64,000 nucleotides of DNA from Gemmatimonadota bacterium (lineage in GTDB: Bacteria > Gemmatimonadota > Gemmatimonadetes > Palauibacterales > KS3-K002), in assembly GCA_039586795.1 (NCBI GenBank), contig JBDHJS010000027.1, forward strand, positions 20,372-84,371, given 5' to 3'. Both the position numbers and the translations under genes were made by a program. The notes beneath the pieces are model-generated. The model did not search any database. It was not told the DNA's origin and saw nothing but the letters and a program-made list of their open reading frames with translations. Shown piece after piece: positions 10,044-19,640 of the stretch; the first letter of the stretch is position 1; each line of letters starts with the position of its first letter.

Positions 10044-10757
10044 ATGACTCGGGAAGTGGCAGGGTTGAGAACAAAACCAGTGATTCGGGCCGTTGGGGTG
10101 GCCTTCATCTCCCTGGCCCTTCTTGTATTCGTCGCAGATCGAGGCTTCTCCCAAAACCCCATGATCGGGCCGAAGGCGGGCCTCAATGTGACGTGGCTCG
10201 TCGGTGATGACGTGGAGAGTTTTTGGGACCTCGGTGAAAAGCGCACCGGCGTCGCAATCGGCGCGTTCATCATCTACAAGTTCAACGGCTACTTTGCCCT
10301 GCAGCCCGAGGCGTATTACTCGCAATGGGGTTCTAAGGGTGGGGATGAGACGGCCGGGCAAAGCCTGCGCATTCATTACGTCGAAGCGCCGATCCTTGCC
10401 AAGTTCTTCTTCCGCAATCGATCCTATCTAACGCCGTACGTCGTATTTGGTCCGGCGCCATTCTTCCGCGTGGGCTGTAACGTGGAGCGCCACGAAGGCG
10501 CTTCGACTCAGGAAGGCGGGTGCGACGACTGGGTCGCCGAGACGCCGCTCGGCAACGCCCCCATCGAGCTCAAGAACCTGACAATCAACGTCGTGGTGGG
10601 CGTGGGTTTCGACCTCGAGGTTTGGGGCGGCGCCTTCGGTCTGGACGCGCGCTACAGCGTGGGCCTTACGACCATCGACAATTCCGATTTCGGAACGGAT
10701 ATGAAGAACCGCGGAGTGCAGTTCCTACTGGGCTACGCGTTCGCGTGGGAGATCTAG
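10044..10757 (+). CDS. Outer-membrane beta-barrel (PorT/porin-family) protein
   Basis: Signal-like N-terminus; GPKAGLN, LQPEAYYSQWG, DARYSVGL motifs; aromatic C-terminal strand GYAFAW. Confidence 0.8.
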   Translation: MTREVAGLRTKPVIRAVGVAFISLALLVFVADRGFSQNPMIGPKAGLNVTWLVGDDVESFWDLGEKRTGVAIGAFIIYKFNGYFALQPEAYYSQWGSKGGDETAGQSLRIHYVEAPILAKFFFRNRSYLTPYVVFGPAPFFRVGCNVERHEGASTQEGGCDDWVAETPLGNAPIELKNLTINVVVGVGFDLEVWGGAFGLDARYSVGLTTIDNSDFGTDMKNRGVQFLLGYAFAWEI

Positions 10758-10780
10758 CCGGACTGACCCCGCGCCCTCGA

Positions 10781-11476
10781 CTACAAATCCCGCACCTCGT
10801 AGAACCACCTCGAGAGGGTCAGCGAGCCGAACATCGCCGCGGCCGACGCAGCCACGAACGTGCTCAACAGCAGGGCGAAACGCGGCTCCAGCCATTCCCC
10901 TGTCTGAGCCATCAGCGTTCGAAGCGTTTCCGGATTCGAGGTCGGGTTCGGATACCCCTTCGCCGTCAGGATCGTCTGGACGGTAAGTGACACAGCGATC
11001 ACGAGTGCTAACGCGATCCCCGAGAAGTAGAGCAGTCCGCGCCCCGCTCCGTACCTTAAGTACAGCGGTAGGTAGATCGCTGCGGCAAAGAGCAACAGCC
11101 CGAAGAGCACGAGATGCGACTCGAGGCTGAGCAACGCGGCCGGGCCATCGGCGACGCTGGAAGCCGTCCGCGTCACCAGCTGGGCAAGCACCCAACTGAA
11201 CGATAGCCCGACCGCGATCCCGATCAGCGCTGTCAGGTAGCGCGCGGCCACGAACTCGCCCCGCGACACCGGCACGCTGTTCCACAATAGCTCGGTCTGT
11301 TCGTATTCCTCGATCCAGGTGGAACCGATCGCCAGCAGGGCGGAGAAGATCAACACCGCAGCAACGTAGCTGAGTGGCCTGAACGACATGACCCCGATCT
11401 GCACCGTACCCAGTAGGAAGACCAGCCACAGCCACCGGCGCGCGGCGACGAAGTCCTTCCACACGAGGTCAAGCAT
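10781..11476 (-). CDS. ABC-2 type transporter permease
   Basis: Start MLDLVWKD overlapping the ATPase stop; SVPVSRGEFVAARY motif; about 6 TM. Confidence 0.85.
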   Translation of the reverse strand: MLDLVWKDFVAARRWLWLVFLLGTVQIGVMSFRPLSYVAAVLIFSALLAIGSTWIEEYEQTELLWNSVPVSRGEFVAARYLTALIGIAVGLSFSWVLAQLVTRTASSVADGPAALLSLESHLVLFGLLLFAAAIYLPLYLRYGAGRGLLYFSGIALALVIAVSLTVQTILTAKGYPNPTSNPETLRTLMAQTGEWLEPRFALLLSTFVAASAAAMFGSLTLSRWFYEVRDL

Positions 11477-12284
11477 CAGATTCTCCCCCCGTGGTGTAGA
11501 GGACGACATCGTCCAGCGTTGCCTTGTCGATGACGACGGTGTCACCGAGCTGGCGGCGCACTGCGGAAACGTCGTCGGTGAGCGCCTCGAATCCGTGGGC
11601 ACCGCGATGAACGCCGCGGAAGAACTCAGGCGGCAGCGCATCCAGTTGATCGAGTCCTCCCTTGACCAACCCCCAGCGGTCCAGGATCTCGTCCTTCGAT
11701 TCACAGAAGACGATACGGCCGTTCTGGATCAGCGTGATGTAGTCGGCGATCCGTTCTAGGTCCGATGTGATGTGCGTAGAAAAGAGGATCGACGCGCGTT
11801 CGTCCTGCAACAATTCCGTCAGTGTATCCAATAGATCCCGGCGAAAGACCGGATCGAGCCCCGAAGTCGGTTCGTCCAGCACGACCAGCTCGGCGTTGTG
11901 CGAGAGTGGCAGCCCGAAGGCATCGGCATGTCGCGAAAAGGCATCCGAATCCCACGTGGGGTAGAACCGCGCCACCAACGCCGCGTTCTGCTCCAGGCTC
12001 AGCGAGCGGTAGAAGCGGGGCTCGTCATGAACGAAGCCGATGCGCGAGCGGACCTTAGCCCCCTGCCGGGCCGGGTCGATACCAAAGGCGTTGATCGTTC
12101 CGCCGTCACGACGCAGCAACCCGAGGATCAACTTCAGCGTCGTGGTCTTGCCGGCGCCGTTCGGCCCGATGAGCCCCATGATGTAGCCACGGGGAAGGGA
12201 GAACGATACGTCGGCCAGTAGGAAGCCCGGGTAGGCCTTACACAGGCCCCGAACCTCGAGGACGGCGTTCGCTTCGGCGCTCAC
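11469..12284 (-). CDS. ABC ATP-binding protein lacking the signature motif (in-frame internal deletion)
   Basis: Walker A GPNGAGKT, Walker B LVVLDEPT and H-loop STH present; 21 aa containing LSHG missing relative to the paralog at 12981-13862. Confidence 0.85.
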   Translation of the reverse strand: MSAEANAVLEVRGLCKAYPGFLLADVSFSLPRGYIMGLIGPNGAGKTTTLKLILGLLRRDGGTINAFGIDPARQGAKVRSRIGFVHDEPRFYRSLSLEQNAALVARFYPTWDSDAFSRHADAFGLPLSHNAELVVLDEPTSGLDPVFRRDLLDTLTELLQDERASILFSTHITSDLERIADYITLIQNGRIVFCESKDEILDRWGLVKGGLDQLDALPPEFFRGVHRGAHGFEALTDDVSAVRRQLGDTVVIDKATLDDVVLYTTGGESDA

Positions 12285-12991
12285 AGTTCTTTCCGCCGGA
12301 AGATGGCCAGGGCGAACCGGTAGCTGAGGGCGTTCACCAGGGCCAGGGCTGCCAGGACTACGACCAGGAAGACGAGGTAGGGTAGGTAATCGTGCAGCGC
12401 CGTGACACCCGCTATGATGACCCTGAAGGGCGCGGCGACTCCCCCCTCCACCGCGTCCCTCGTACCGGTCGCCTTCGCAAAGACGAACAGGGCCGCGGCC
12501 AATACCTGGAAAAAGACCAGCATCAGCATCACGCCCATCATACCGAACTTCAGCGTGAACGGGATGAGCGGCGCGAGAAGGAACGTCGCGATGCCGAGCA
12601 CCAGCAACAAACCATCAGGGTTCAGGACCGTGCCCGCCGTGAGCTTGCTGCCGGGCATCAAGGCGGCGAGGGCGATGGACAGCGTGAGCATCAGCGCTAG
12701 CAACGCCCAGGCGGTCACGTAGCGTCCCCTCACAAGATCGGCCCGAGTGACGGGGAGCGTGCACGACCACGCGTACGTTCCCGCCTTGTCGTCCACGTTG
12801 ATCGGAATCACCGTTAGGAACGTCATGTACACGCAGATGAAGACCAACCAGAGAGTCGGGTTGTTGATCTCCCTTACGATCCACCCCTGAAAGGCGGCAT
12901 AGAACAAGATTGACGGCACCATGACACGCCAGTGCAAAATCATGTCGCGGCGCAGCAAACTCATATCGCGATGGAGAAGCTCAGTCCTCAT
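12281..12991 (-). CDS. ABC-2 type transporter permease
   Basis: TLPVTRADLVRGRY motif; about 6 TM; translationally coupled to its neighbours. Confidence 0.85.
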   Translation of the reverse strand: MRTELLHRDMSLLRRDMILHWRVMVPSILFYAAFQGWIVREINNPTLWLVFICVYMTFLTVIPINVDDKAGTYAWSCTLPVTRADLVRGRYVTAWALLALMLTLSIALAALMPGSKLTAGTVLNPDGLLLVLGIATFLLAPLIPFTLKFGMMGVMLMLVFFQVLAAALFVFAKATGTRDAVEGGVAAPFRVIIAGVTALHDYLPYLVFLVVVLAALALVNALSYRFALAIFRRKEL

Positions 12992-13862
12992 GGTTCGAGC
13001 CCTCCTTTCCGAACAAGACCATGATGTCTTCCAACGAGGCGCGCTCGATGACGAATCCGTTTCCGAACCGGCGGCGCGCTTCGTCGATTCGCGAGGTCAA
13101 CCCTTCGAATCCGTGTCGGCGAACGCGAACACCCTGCAGAAATGCGTGGGCTTCGGCATCCAGCATCTCCTGACCGCCCTTCACCACACCCCAGTTTTCC
13201 GCCACCTGATCCATCGGGCTCGAGAAGACGAGACGGCCGTCCTTCAAGAACGTCACGAAATCTGCGGCTCGCTCCAGGTCGGCCGTGATGTGAGACGAAA
13301 AGAGCACCGAGACCCGCTCGTCCTGCAACAGCCCGGCCAGCATGTCCAGCAGCCGGCGGCGGAAGACCGGATCCAATCCGGTCGTCGGCTCGTCTAGCAG
13401 CACGAGCTCGGCGCCGTGCGAGAGCGCCATAGCAAGCGCGAACTTCGTCTTCATGCCGTGGGAGAGCTTCTTGAATCGCTTCTTGAGTGGTAGCTCGAAC
13501 TCACCAGCCAGGTGGCGAAAACGATCATCGTCCCAATTCGCGTAGAAGGGAGCGACTGAAGAAGCCAGCTCGCTCAACGAGGCGTCCGGGTGATAGCGAG
13601 GCTCATCGGGTACGAAACCAATCCGCGACTTGACCTCCGCTTCGTCCTCCAGGTTGTCCAGCCCGAACATGCGTATCGCGCCACCATCACGACGTATCAG
13701 GTTCAACATCAACTTGATCAGCGTCGTTTTACCGGCGCCGTTGGGGCCGATGAGCCCCATGATGTAGCCTCGCGGTAATTGCAGCGAGACGTCATGCAGC
13801 GTGAATCCTTCGTAGCGCTTACAGACGCCCTCAATATCAAGTGCGTTGTTCATTCTATTCAT
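12981..13862 (-). CDS. ABC ATP-binding protein (YtrB-like)
   Basis: GPNGAGKT, signature LSHGM, LLDEPT, SSHI. Confidence 0.93.
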   Translation of the reverse strand: MNRMNNALDIEGVCKRYEGFTLHDVSLQLPRGYIMGLIGPNGAGKTTLIKLMLNLIRRDGGAIRMFGLDNLEDEAEVKSRIGFVPDEPRYHPDASLSELASSVAPFYANWDDDRFRHLAGEFELPLKKRFKKLSHGMKTKFALAMALSHGAELVLLDEPTTGLDPVFRRRLLDMLAGLLQDERVSVLFSSHITADLERAADFVTFLKDGRLVFSSPMDQVAENWGVVKGGQEMLDAEAHAFLQGVRVRRHGFEGLTSRIDEARRRFGNGFVIERASLEDIMVLFGKEGSNHED

Positions 13863-13864
13863 CT

Positions 13865-14242
13865 CTATTCATCCTCGGCGTAGAGGAGGCGGAGCATCTC
13901 CGCCAGTTCGTCCGATCCCACGTTCAGCAGCCGCGCCTGGTCCACCGCCTCGGCCAGCCTCTCCTCCACCGCCTTCATGCGCTTCTCCCGCAGAAACTCC
14001 GGATTCTGCGCCGCTACGAACGTTCCCTTGCCGCCCACCGTGTTGATGAACCCTTCCCGCTCCAGCTCTTCATAAGACCGCTTCGTCGTGATCACGCTGA
14101 TCTGAAGGTCGCGGGCCAACTTGCGTATCGATGGGAGCTGGTCTCCCTCTGATAGCTCGCCGCTCAGGATCTGCGCGCGGATCTGCTGCAGGATCTGCTC
14201 GTAGATCGGGTCGGGCGACGCGTTGGAGATGACGATCCTCAT
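13865..14242 (-). CDS. GntR family, YtrA-subfamily transcriptional regulator
   Basis: Likely start MRIVIS at 14242; PIYEQI, LPSIRKLA, GKGTFV; short C-terminal domain; heads an ABC operon. Confidence 0.92.
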   Translation of the reverse strand: MRIVISNASPDPIYEQILQQIRAQILSGELSEGDQLPSIRKLARDLQISVITTKRSYEELEREGFINTVGGKGTFVAAQNPEFLREKRMKAVEERLAEAVDQARLLNVGSDELAEMLRLLYAEDE

Positions 14243-14280
14243 CGGCAACTCGGGTTCAGTGGATTCGGCCGCGGCGTACC

Positions 14281-14307
14281 TACTGTACATACCGTCTATA
14301 CACAGTA
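14281..14307. promoter_or_regulatory. YtrA-type operator
   Basis: Imperfect palindrome TACTGT-ac-ATA-ccgtc-TAT-ac-ACAGTA (TGT-N15-ACA), about 40 bp upstream of the GntR start. Confidence 0.7.
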
Positions 14308-14384
14308 TAGGGGCCAGGACTCTCAAGGTCAAGCCCTGGCGGTTTGAAACACTGAGAAATGGCGCCACGTAAGGACGGTCAGAC

Positions 14385-14409
14385 CTTCTCCTAGCTAATC
14401 TAGGAGAAG
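14385..14409. promoter_or_regulatory. Putative PadR operator
   Basis: Perfect palindrome CTTCTCCTAG-ctaat-CTAGGAGAAG about 50 bp upstream of padR. Confidence 0.7.
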
Positions 14410-14456
14410 CTGACTATACTGGAGCCGGGGCACCCACAACGCGCTAGAGGACGCCG

Positions 14457-14798
14457 ATGCTGATCACCAAAGAACTCCTCCCCGGCACACTCGATATGCT
14501 GATCCTCAAGGCCCTTTCGCTCGGACCCAACCACGGGTACGGGGTCTTGCTGAGGATTGAGCAGACATCGGAGGGGCTGCTGAGTCTGGAGCAAGGCTCG
14601 CTCTATCCGGCGCTCAACCGGATGGAGCACAAGGGGTTGATCTCATCGGAGTGGGGGATTTCGGAGAACAACCGTCGCGCGAAGTTTTATCAGCTGACGC
14701 TGACGGGCGAGAAACGACTTGCCCACGAGACGTTGCGCTGGACGCAGATGATCCAGGCGGTCTCCAACGTCCTTGGCGCTCTTCCGAGTGAGGCATGA
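14457..14798 (+). CDS. PadR family regulator (acidobacterial type)
   Basis: GTLDMLILKAL, HGYG, GSLYPAL, WGISENNRRAKFY. Confidence 0.93.
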   Translation: MLITKELLPGTLDMLILKALSLGPNHGYGVLLRIEQTSEGLLSLEQGSLYPALNRMEHKGLISSEWGISENNRRAKFYQLTLTGEKRLAHETLRWTQMIQAVSNVLGALPSEA

Positions 14799-14801
14799 GC
14801 C

Positions 14802-17453
14802 ATGTTTAGTCGAATCAAATCCGCTTTCGATGCGCTGTTCCACGGCGCCCGGTTCCGCCAGGAACTCGACGAAGAGATGGCATTTCATATAGACGCGCTG
14901 ACGGAGGACCTGATCAGGTCGGGGATGAGTCCGGAGGAGGCGCGTCGTCAGGCTCGAATTCGCTTTGGCAGCGTTGAGGGCGTGCAGTCCCGCAGCCGCG
15001 AGGCTCGAGGCGTTCACCTGATCGACGAAGCTGTGCGTAACCTGCGGTTCGCGTTCCGCAGTTTGGTGCGTAACCCGCTTTTCACGGCGACCTTCGTGAT
15101 AACATTGGGGCTGTGCATCGGAGCCGGCACGGCGGTCTACAGCGTGGTGGACGCTGTGCTCTGGCGGCCATTGCCGTATCCGGATTCGGATCGCCTGGCG
15201 CTAGCGGTGCAGTTCGACCCAGCCCTTGGAATCGACCCCGGCAGGTTGGCGATTACAGGGGCGGTGTGGGAGCGCATTCGCGATGGCGGCGATTTCTTGG
15301 AAGACAAGGCCCCATTTCGCGACTGGCCGACCGGAGTGAACCTCACGGCAGATGGCGTAGCCTCTTTCGTGCAGCAGCAACGGGTGGCAGCGGGGTTCTT
15401 CCGTACGCTCGGCGTCTCTCCTCTCATTGGCCGGGAGTTCGGATCGGCCGAAGACGTGCCCGGTGGTGCGGCGGTGACGATGCTGAGTTACGAGCTCTGG
15501 ACGCGGACGTTCGAGCAGGACCCTGACGTCGTCGGTCGGACGATACGGTTGAAAGGCGAGGCGCACACCGTGGTTGGGGTGATGCCGCAAGGGTTTCAGT
15601 CGAGCAGTCCCGCCGATCTCTGGACACCCCTGCGCCCTTCGCGAACAGGTGAGGGGAGTGGGTCAAACTATCGGCTCCTTGTACGCTTGCCCGAAGGGAT
15701 GAACTGGGCCGAGGCGCAGACTCGCATGGGGAATATCGATACGGGGCCGCCCCCGGCGGAAGACGCGCCAGAGCGCCAGTACGGCCTCATCCCCCTCAAC
15801 CGCGCGCTTACCTGGGGAATGCGCCAGCCGCTGTTGATGCTTTTGGGCGCGATCCTCGTGATGTTGCTGGTAGGCTGCGCGAACCTGGCGGGGTTGCAGA
15901 TTGCCCGAGCGCTGGCGCGCCGACCCGAGATCGCCACCCGGCAGGCGCTCGGCGGAGGCACGGGGGCCATCCTGCGGCAGGTGGTGACGGAGAATGTCGT
16001 CCTCGGTCTGCTGGGGGGTCTCGCAGGACTGGCTTTTGCCGGCTATGGGATAAAAGGCCTCGAAGCGCTGATGCGCGCCTCCTTCGATACCTGGCAGACG
16101 TTCCAGATGGATGGTCGCGTCATCGCTGCCGGCGCCGGCTTCACAGCTCTGGCAACGCTCTTCTTCGGTCTCGCCCCGATGTTGCAGGTGCGCAGGTTCG
16201 ATGTGCGTGGTGTGCTGGCCGGCTCGTCACGAAGCGTGATGGGAGGCAGCGCTCACCATCTGCGCAAGGCGTTGCTGGTTGGCCAGGTTGCGCTCGTTAC
16301 CGCGCTGCTCTTCGGCGCGGGGCTTCTACTGCGCAGCTACGCCCGCCTGGACCGGCTTGATCCCGGATTCGACCCGAGCGGCGTGATCTCGGCGCAGTTC
16401 TCTCTGAACGACGCACGATACGGAAGTGCGGAAGACGTTAATCGCTTCTTCGACGAGAGTCTGGCCAGAATCCGTAGCGCGCCCGGGGTGGTCAGTGCCG
16501 CCGTGGCGCTGACGCTACCCTACGAGCGGCCGCTCAACATGCCGTTCAAAATCGTAGGGGTGGAGGATCCTCCCGGTAGTTATCGGATAGTAAACGTCGT
16601 GTATGTGACGCCGGGCTTCTTCGAGACGATGGGGATCCCACTTCTCAGAGGACGCGATCTCAGCGCGGCGGATATCGGAGAACGGCCGCCGGTTGCGGTG
16701 GCAAATCAGGCGTTTCTCGAGGCCAACTCCGCGGATGATGTGGGGATCGGCACGCGCATCGCGTTCAGCAGCCGTGAGTGGGAGATCGTCGGGATCTCTG
16801 GCGGTGTGCTGCAGGCCCCCGGGTGGGGGTCAACGCAACCCGTCTGGAAGTCGCCGACGCTGTACGTGGCGGCTGCCCAGGCAGGGAACGGTCTCTTTGG
16901 GACCCACATCTGGTTTTCGCCGAGCTGGCTGGTGAAGACCACCGGTAGCCCCGCTGGACTCGCGGCGGCGGTGACGAACGCTGTCCGAGATGTCGATCCC
17001 AATCTGCCGGTCGCCCGACTCGCCTCGGTGGAAGAGGTGATGAAGGCAGCCCTCGCGCGTCAGCGCTTCGAGGCGGTGTTCTTGGTCGTCGTTGCCGCCT
17101 TCGCCTTGCTGCTTGCCGTCATCGGTCTTTACGGCATCGTCGCGAACGAGGTGGTCGAACGCACGCCGGAGATGGGTCTGCGGATGGCCCTCGGTGCGGC
17201 GCCCGGCAAAGCTGTCTGGATTATCGGTGCCCGCGGCTTGCGACTGACCGTCATTGGGCTGGCCTTGGGGGCTGGACTGGCGGCGTTGAGTTCGTCGTGG
17301 CTACGCAGCGCGGTCTGGGGCATCGTTTCTTACGACCCGCTCACGGTGGTATTCGTTGTGCTGTGCATGTCGGCGCTGGCTGCGGTCGCAAGTTTCCTGC
17401 CGGCCGCGCGGATCGCGCGGTTGGAGCCATCGCGGATTTTGCGCGAGGAGTAG
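14802..17453 (+). CDS. ADOP-type duplicated orphan ABC permease (MacB/FtsX-like) with N-terminal prefix domain
   Basis: LDEEMAFH prefix; TLGLCIGAGTAVYSVV, CANLAGL, EIATRQALG, DPGFD, EMGLRMALGA; no ATPase adjacent. Confidence 0.92.
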   Translation: MFSRIKSAFDALFHGARFRQELDEEMAFHIDALTEDLIRSGMSPEEARRQARIRFGSVEGVQSRSREARGVHLIDEAVRNLRFAFRSLVRNPLFTATFVITLGLCIGAGTAVYSVVDAVLWRPLPYPDSDRLALAVQFDPALGIDPGRLAITGAVWERIRDGGDFLEDKAPFRDWPTGVNLTADGVASFVQQQRVAAGFFRTLGVSPLIGREFGSAEDVPGGAAVTMLSYELWTRTFEQDPDVVGRTIRLKGEAHTVVGVMPQGFQSSSPADLWTPLRPSRTGEGSGSNYRLLVRLPEGMNWAEAQTRMGNIDTGPPPAEDAPERQYGLIPLNRALTWGMRQPLLMLLGAILVMLLVGCANLAGLQIARALARRPEIATRQALGGGTGAILRQVVTENVVLGLLGGLAGLAFAGYGIKGLEALMRASFDTWQTFQMDGRVIAAGAGFTALATLFFGLAPMLQVRRFDVRGVLAGSSRSVMGGSAHHLRKALLVGQVALVTALLFGAGLLLRSYARLDRLDPGFDPSGVISAQFSLNDARYGSAEDVNRFFDESLARIRSAPGVVSAAVALTLPYERPLNMPFKIVGVEDPPGSYRIVNVVYVTPGFFETMGIPLLRGRDLSAADIGERPPVAVANQAFLEANSADDVGIGTRIAFSSREWEIVGISGGVLQAPGWGSTQPVWKSPTLYVAAAQAGNGLFGTHIWFSPSWLVKTTGSPAGLAAAVTNAVRDVDPNLPVARLASVEEVMKAALARQRFEAVFLVVVAAFALLLAVIGLYGIVANEVVERTPEMGLRMALGAAPGKAVWIIGARGLRLTVIGLALGAGLAALSSSWLRSAVWGIVSYDPLTVVFVVLCMSALAAVASFLPAARIARLEPSRILREE

Positions 17454-17470
17454 GAAGGTAGGATTCGGTC

Positions 17471-17493
17471 GGGGTCGGCGGTCCGCCGACCCC
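17471..17493. terminator. Hairpin between convergent genes
   Basis: GGGGTCGGCG-gtc-CGCCGACCCC. Confidence 0.55.
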
Positions 17494-17512
17494 TCCTTGA
17501 CCCGCCTAATGC

Positions 17513-19195
17513 TCAGCGGGCGGCGATCCTTCGTGAGGCCTCGGCAGCGTAGAGGCGGACTTCCCAGTCGGTGTCTTCCTCCGAGGCTCGCTCCAAAGCC
17601 TCCAGGCAATCTGTAGAGCCGATCTGCAAAAGCGCGGCGACGGCCGACCGTCGCACCCAAGGCTTCTCGTCGTCCAGGCGCTCTAAGAGAAGAGGCACCC
17701 CGTCCGCTGACCCTAGGATCCCCAGCGCCTCTATGGCCGCGGCGCGTACCCAGGTGTCGGGGTCGTGGATCAACTCCTCAGCTCGCTCGATCACCTCTTC
17801 GGCGCCCAACTCGGCCAGCGTGCGTAGGGCCTGCATTCGGACCCACATCTCAGGATCGTCCAGCCGGCGAGTGACCGGCTCTACGCAATCCGTTGAGCCG
17901 ATGGCGGCCAGCGAACCGAGGGCATACCCACGAACATTGTCCACCGAGTCCTCTAACGCGGCGACCAGAGCGGGGACGGCCTTTGCAGAGCGGAATGTCC
18001 CGAGCTGGTTGGCGGCGTTAATGCGCAGCTCGATCTGGTCGCTCTGGAGAAGCGTGATGAAGTAGTCCACCGCGGGCTCGCCGTACGATGCCAGCTCGTT
18101 CGCGAGAAAGTACTTCCGACGCGGGTGCGGTTCCGCGATCATTCGGTCGACCAGCGCTTCCATCTCCGCTCGTTGCGCCGATGGTGCGACGATGCCGACC
18201 GTTCTCTTCACGCCGCCGGCATAGAACAGGCCGGACGCGCCGATCAGCAGAACGGCGTACAGACCGACGACGATCGCGACCTCACGCTTTCTGTTGGGCT
18301 CCTCCTTCTTGAAGAACAGCCGAGTCGGAAATGCGAAGGCTCTCTCGATGAACTTCGGGACTGGAAACAGGAATGGAGCGCTGCGTCTGTAGTTCTCGTA
18401 CTCTTCGCCGTGTCGCTTCCGCATGTGCAGCTCTTCCATCATCGCCACCCCGATGATCACCAGCGTCGAGAGCAGCCAGGGCAGACTGGCATCGATACCC
18501 CACGAGCGCTTCGGGTAAAGTCCCTGTAGCAGTAGCAGGTAGACGCCGTAACTCCAGAGAATCCAACCCAGGTATTGGGGGTGTCGGGAGAGACGGTATA
18601 TCCAGAAGTCCGCCACACCCTGCTTGCGCGCACGGGCGGAAAGCCAGGCGAACGTGCCCAGGAAGAAGATCAGCAGACCGCTTCCGAGGAAGAAATAGAC
18701 GATAGGCCAGTAGCCGCTGATCCCAACTGAGCGAAACAGCCACATCAGAAGATCGTAAGGGGCTCGAATGATCAAACCCAGTCTCTGCAAGTCGTACGAT
18801 ATGTCGAGGACCGGCAGCCAGAGAATGTTCAGCACGCCGAGCCCGGAGAGAAAGAACATCACGCCGGCGAATTGGGCGAACACCGGTAGCATGAAACCGA
18901 GGGCGCCCAGCGCCGCCAGCCCCGTGCGCCTGGTGGAAAACCCGACGACGATCGCCGCTACCATCAAGGCGAAGCAGATGTAGCCGATCAACCGCAAGTG
19001 GAAATGTGAGATGAACAGCTCGGTCTGCAGCCTGCTCATATCATCGCGGTGAGAATCGAGGTTGGGTGTGGTGATGGCATCGATCAGGACGTCATCTACG
19101 AGATATGGCAACTCCACCGTCACGAAGGTCAACCCGATCGTGAAAACGGCGGCCAGGAAAACCAAGAACGCGGTGCGCGCAACTCGAGACTTCAT
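17513..19195 (-). CDS. Membrane ICMT/PEMT-like methyltransferase domain fused to HEAT repeats
   Basis: Multi-TM N-terminus with IYRLSRHPQYLG and EE-x8-EEYENY motifs; C-terminal D-x3-VR-x2-A-x2-AL HEAT repeats (about 6). Confidence 0.8.
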   Translation of the reverse strand: MKSRVARTAFLVFLAAVFTIGLTFVTVELPYLVDDVLIDAITTPNLDSHRDDMSRLQTELFISHFHLRLIGYICFALMVAAIVVGFSTRRTGLAALGALGFMLPVFAQFAGVMFFLSGLGVLNILWLPVLDISYDLQRLGLIIRAPYDLLMWLFRSVGISGYWPIVYFFLGSGLLIFFLGTFAWLSARARKQGVADFWIYRLSRHPQYLGWILWSYGVYLLLLQGLYPKRSWGIDASLPWLLSTLVIIGVAMMEELHMRKRHGEEYENYRRSAPFLFPVPKFIERAFAFPTRLFFKKEEPNRKREVAIVVGLYAVLLIGASGLFYAGGVKRTVGIVAPSAQRAEMEALVDRMIAEPHPRRKYFLANELASYGEPAVDYFITLLQSDQIELRINAANQLGTFRSAKAVPALVAALEDSVDNVRGYALGSLAAIGSTDCVEPVTRRLDDPEMWVRMQALRTLAELGAEEVIERAEELIHDPDTWVRAAAIEALGILGSADGVPLLLERLDDEKPWVRRSAVAALLQIGSTDCLEALERASEEDTDWEVRLYAAEASRRIAAR

Positions 19196-19276
19196 CGGTC
19201 GGATCTCCTCCCGGTTCGACTACGTCGCTGATCCCATCTACCCCTGCAGACGTCCCGCTTCCCGTTCTTTGCACAG

Positions 19277-19435
19277 GCAATGGCGAAGCCAGCCGGCCGA
19301 CCAGGAGGCCGCGAAACGTAAACCATTGACATATATCGACTTATGGCGAGAGAATGACAACCGGGCGGGCTGAGGCGACCGTCGCCGTGTGCATCTGTAC
19401 ACGCTCACGGCAGGGAGCCGTGTACGTGTGGACAC
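19277..19435 (-). promoter_or_regulatory. Putative sigma54 promoter with IHF-like site and tandem enhancer boxes
   Basis: Minus strand TGGCTTCGCCATTGC (GG-N10-GC, 19291-19277); TGTCAATGGTTTA (19331-19319); GTGT-N8-ACAC at 19387-19402 and 19420-19435. Confidence 0.6.
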
Positions 19436-19640
19436 AGCCTGGAGCTCCGGTCGTGATAGCCGACTAGGATCTGCCCACCGCCAACTTGATCGTCTTCGTG
19501 CGGGAGCTCGTGGAGGTTGCTTCCAGCGGAAGGTCGAGTTGCCTCACCGCGACAGGAAACGAGAACGAAGCGCAGCAAGTCCGTGGTCGACGAGCGGTCC
19601 GTCGATCCCGACCCCCCATGATCTCTAAAGCCGTTTGCCG

